Part shown: positions 60,141 to 64,000 of the stretch, one piece after another
Layout of the letters: the number at the start of each line of letters is the position of its first letter
How positions within the stretch are numbered: position 1 is the first letter of the stretch
Source: Phyllobates terribilis
Taxonomy: Eukaryota
Direction: 5' to 3'
Assembly: GCF_046119375.1 (NCBI RefSeq)
Contig: NW_027362772.1
Span: forward strand, 75,764,001-75,828,000
DNA length: 64,000 nt
Made by a program: the position numbers and the translations under genes
The notes under the pieces: generated by a model
Told to the model about the DNA's origin: nothing
Seen by the model: the letters and a program-made list of their open reading frames with translations, nothing else
Database searches by the model: none

Positions 60141-61317
60141 CTATCGAATATAATAGCTCTTCACTGTGCTGGCTGTCCATCTTAACCTGATCTAGACAGA
60201 GTTGAACCGTTTTGTCAGACTGGATGGCGAGTTCACGAAGCAGTTAGGGGAAGAAGATCTTTGATAAGATATTTTACAAAGTTTCTTAAATTTGCTGGTA
60301 TTTATGATTTATGCAAAGTTCCGTGAAAGTATAATTCCACTTTAAATGGTACAGAACTCATAGTATGAACATGTACCAAAAATCAGCTCTTTCTTGGTTT
60401 CGTACAGAGCTCAAAGGCTTGTTACGTTAAGTTCTAGTCATTGATGAAGGTAAAGATTGATCTCTACTGATGACATCTTCTGAAATGTCTCTTGTACACC
60501 TTCCATAAGACAACGCTACTCTAAATAAGTCACGTGACGGCAAAATATCATGGTGGATAAACTTGTACATTTTAATTTATCAACCTTTGTTTCTTAGCCA
60601 ACTCTTAGTCAAAGTTGATTGACTTTTGCTTTTTCCATGGAGAACGTAAATGCACATTGTTAAAATTGTAGGCAATATTTTATCTATGGCGTCCATAATG
60701 CCTTTTTTGGTGTAAAGTCATCTACGAAGTTTTTCGTTCATCCATGTCACGATATCTCCAGTAGGGCTAAGCCAACATTGGCTGGACATGTTTAGACATC
60801 TTGAAAAGTTTTCACGATTTATAAGATGGGCCACCTGGTCTTCCTTTAATAGGTGGGTCTATCAGCTCCAGTTTTGCTTTTCTTATCTAGATTTGCATCT
60901 AACTTTGATGCAAAACTTTTGCAATGGCTTAAAATTAGGCAAATAATGGGAACCCATCACATTGAACATGGCGTCGAATCTGGGCGTAGTATGTGACAAA
61001 GCAGAAGGAGCTGAAAGGACTTTTTTATAGTCTTATGGGGAAAGATTCAGTAGAACTTTTTTTTCTAGACTTAGGAGTCCTGTTAAAGACCACCCACTGG
61101 ACTACTAACCTCAGAATTAAAATGAGTGAATTACAAGTTGTATTGGATCTTTTCCCAGCATGACCACAGATTCACTACATTCTTAACATGATCATCTTTT
61201 TTATTAAAAAAGCTGGTAGGATAAATTGTGAAACATCTCCTTAACGTCTAATTAAGTTGATTTCCTTGACCCTCATTTTAACCATCAAATAATTTATATA
61301 CTGAGACTGCTATTTAA

Positions 61318-61675
61318 AGGGTCTGTCTGGTGAAAACAAGTTATCACCTATCCACTTAGGATAGCTGATAACTTACTGATCGGTAGGTGTCCGATCATTA
61401 GGACCTGCACCGATCGCCAGAATAGACAATGTTTATTCAAATTACAAAAATGGAGTGGCATTCATTCTCCATGGGACTTCGGGAAAAAGTTGAAGCAGCT
61501 CCATAGTGAATGAATAGAATAGTGAATATTCCATATAGAAAGAATAGAGTGGCAGTTGAGCATGCATACTGCTTCTCCATTCTAATGTGGATAAAAGTGT
61601 CCGTTCTGCAAATTAGTGCTGGTCCCAGCAGGTCGGACCACCACAGATCAACAAGTTATTCACCAAACAACCCCT
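61318..61675. mobile_element. decayed TTAA-type MITE
   Basis: TTAA|AGGGTCTGTCTGGTGAAAACAAGTT ... AAGTTATTCACCAAACAACCCCT|TTTA. Confidence 0.5.
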
Positions 61676-61724
61676 TTTACTATGTCTAACACTAAGAAAG
61701 ACCAGGGGTTAATAGTCACGTGCC

Positions 61725-62190
61725 TTCAGCCTTCTTCTTCCTTCTTCCTTCATCCTTCTTTTTCCTTCTTCGTTCTTCTTTCTTCTTCCTTCTTCATCTT
61801 CCTTCTTCTTACTTCTTGTTCTTTCTTCTCCTTCTTCTTCTCCTCCTTCTTCTCTTCCTTCTTCTCCTACTTCTTCTTCTACTTCCTCTCCTACTTCTTC
61901 TCCTCCTTCTTCTTCTCCTACTTCTTCTCTTCCTTCTTCTTCTCTTCCTTCCTCTTTTCCTCCTTCTTCTCTTACTTCTCTTCTTTCTTCTCCTTTTTTT
62001 CTTCTTCTTCTTCTTCTCCTTCTCCTTCTACTCCTCCATATTTTCCTTCTTCTCCTCCTTCTCCTCCTTCTTCTCCTTCTGCTCCTTCTTCTTCTTCTGC
62101 TCCTTCTCCTTCTTCTCCTCCTCTCCCTTCTTCTTCTTCCTTCTTATTCTTCTTTGTTCTTCCTTTTTTCTTCTTCCTTCTTCTTCTCGT
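61725..62190. repeat. (TTC/CTC)n low-complexity pyrimidine tract
   Basis: Almost pure C/T trinucleotide-like sequence. Confidence 0.95.
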
Positions 62191-63165
62191 TATAATTATG
62201 CTCCCCATCCTAGGGAGATCATCTTACAAAATGTTACAGCAATTTGATCTTGGTTGGATCTTCCCATTATTGGTCTTGTCTTATAGATCTTGCCTTTATT
62301 GGATTTACTATACTCATTAGTAGACATTTTAGACTATATTGGCAGCAAGGGATACATAAAATTCTTTCCTTCAATCTTTTTCTCTATGTTCTCATTCCTC
62401 CACTATACATACAAGTCAATGAAAGTGATTGCCTTGGACTAAAATAGTATTTGATCTTTTTTTTGATCTCCATCCCTTTCCATGTGTTGGGTCTAGTTTT
62501 GCAGCTCATTCCCATTGAAGTTGACATGTGCAATATCAAATACGGTCTATAAAATAGAGCGGCATTGGAGATTACTTTTTTTTCCCAATCTTGGACAACC
62601 CCTTTAAAATATATTGAGCTGGTCTAACTGTATGGTGATGCAACTACTTTGTGTTTGTTCGTAAACATAGAATTTATAGGAAAACAGTTGGCATACATGT
62701 AGTCAATAGTTTTCAGTAGTCCACCATTGAACGATGTATGGATCAATATTACCCATTTGGATAAGGTGAAGGGAACTGATCCCCTGCTTGATGTTTGTGA
62801 ATACTCGTTTAGTGCTTTGTTCTTGTGGTTATTTTTTACATTAGTCTTTTTTTAGTTGTTTGTATGTATTTTAGTCATAGTGGGCATCGTATGCCGCGTT
62901 AAAGGGTTGTCCAGCCTTAGGCTACAAGTCTGCAGTCACTCTATGTGACTGCAGACTTGTGAATCCTCACATTGCACACAGTATGTACTGTGACGAGTCT
63001 CTAATGCCAGAGTCGGGAGCAGGCGGCTGGCAAGTATGCGATTTGCATACTTTCAGCCACATTCCGACTAGACGTGTCTGACCTCACTTACAACACTTGC
63101 ATTGAGAGAGGTTGCGCATGCCTAGTCGGCATGTGACCGGCATGTATGCAAATTGCATACTTATT

Positions 63166-63212
63166 GCCTCTTGAGAAAGCCTTAGTATACATCGCGAAAC
63201 GCGCGTTGAGGC
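63166..63212 (+). ncRNA. type I minimal hammerhead ribozyme motif with U3-A8 core variant (Penelope-like element type)
   Basis: GCCTC-TTGAGAA-A-GC-(13 nt)-GC-GAAA-CGCGCG-TT-GAGGC: stem I GCCTC/GAGGC, 2-bp stem II, intact GAAA, palindromic ACGCGCGT stem III, GUU cleavage triplet. Confidence 0.7.
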
Positions 63213-63537
63213 TACCTCCAGCTCGCCTCCCCTGGCGCACACAACCCCATTTTTTCTGGTAAGGTTAAAAATTATACAATCCTTTTTGGCTCTGTCTTAT
63301 GATACTTTAAACTATTTACCTATACCTTACCATGGTGATGTCTGCCTGCACTGCACTTTTTATAGTGCTATAATGTGAGGGATTTGTGTCTTGGGGTTTG
63401 TGGGTTTGGCTTTATTCACTGTCCGCTTTTGTTGGTTTCTTATCTACTCTTGTTTTGTATGCATTTATACTTGTAATTGATGAGTAATAACAAATAAAAA
63501 TGTTATATACCATTTACTCCTGGTTCTCTTGGTATTC
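63166..63537 (+). mobile_element. probable Penelope-like pseudo-LTR / retrozyme-like insert
   Basis: Hammerhead at the 5' end, AT-rich body and AATAAA near the 3' end; replaces roughly 80 bp of the host MITE. Confidence 0.5.
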
Positions 63538-64000
63538 CAGACTTGTAGCCCAAGGTTGGACATCCCCCTTTAAGTGCTTTTTTGTGTTTTTGTACAGTGC
63601 ACACAAAGCTCAGAAACATTTTTTGCATGTGTAATTATAGGGGTTGTCTCAACTTCAAAAATGGCTGCAATTACAAAGTGCTTGTAAAAACAACTTACTT
63701 TGTAATTTACCTTTTATTAAACATCCTCTCCGTTCTCAAGAACATAGGGATTTTTAATTTTATAATTTACGACACATTATCTAGGATACTATATACTTCT
63801 GCAGTCTGTGAGAGGTGGCCGGTTTCCCAGACAAGGAGCGTGCACTTGCAAGCACAGCTCTGGAGCCGGCTGGATTGCTCCTATGCTCCTCCCATGCTGC
63901 AGAGGTAAAGCTTCTTCTGCATGCAACTGTCATGTTCTTGGGTTCAAACACTTGAGCCTGTCTTTTGTGGTTGGCTTCTCTGTCTGCCGTGTCACAGTGG

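Larger units (their letters stand above)
62903..63568. mobile_element. TTAA-type MITE (same family as 58364-58709) with an internal Penelope-like insertion
   Basis: TTAA at 62899-62902 and 63569-72. Ends AGGGTTGTCCAGCCTTAGGCTACAAGTCTG and CAGACTTGTAGCCCAAGGTTGGACATCCCCT. Confidence 0.8.

Noticed and set aside
60600-60950. Possible decayed Penelope RT (..RFI..W.., ..SYLDLHL..)
   Set aside because: Scattered weak motifs in different frames with no continuous ORF.
61616-62320. Long Phe/Ser/Leu-rich and Glu/Gly-rich ORFs
   Set aside because: Translations of the (TTC)n low-complexity tract.

Overview
Repeat-dense vertebrate genomic DNA, most likely a frog; this is inferred from the amphibian-like 18S fragment and the TTAA-MITE, hAT, Tc1 and piggyBac repertoire. 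No host protein-coding gene can be identified, only weak candidate small exons near 53.8-54.2 kb. Two deep transposon nests dominate the window. Nest 1 (1-22.4 kb): an old minus-strand Gypsy element (5' LTR 21639-22428, tRNA-Ile PBS) whose gag is split by a Harbinger MITE, a Tc1 and a full-length Tf1/sushi-type chromovirus (9117-19056). The chromovirus is itself split by a piggyBac with an intact 605-aa transposase ORF. The left edge is a related, apparently non-autonomous piggyBac carrying an alternating inverted-repeat array. Nest 2 (31-44 kb): TTAA-MITE > Tc1 > 10.6-kb hAT > L1 fragment > solo LTR. The hAT also carries an 18S rRNA fragment, a DD37E (TRT-type) transposon and a duplicated piece of its own transposase. 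A 29-bp minisatellite (44.2-53.3 kb) is split by a DD35E (Traveler-type) Tc1 with an intact ORF. The most notable signals are: (i) two Penelope-type minimal hammerhead ribozyme motifs, one with a compensatory U3-A8 core; (ii) a tRNA-independent, Tf1-like self-priming signature in the chromovirus LTR/PBS; (iii) the cargo mosaic inside the hAT; (iv) palindromic and hairpin architectures in the piggyBac ends. All alignments and counts were done by eye; no database searches were run.
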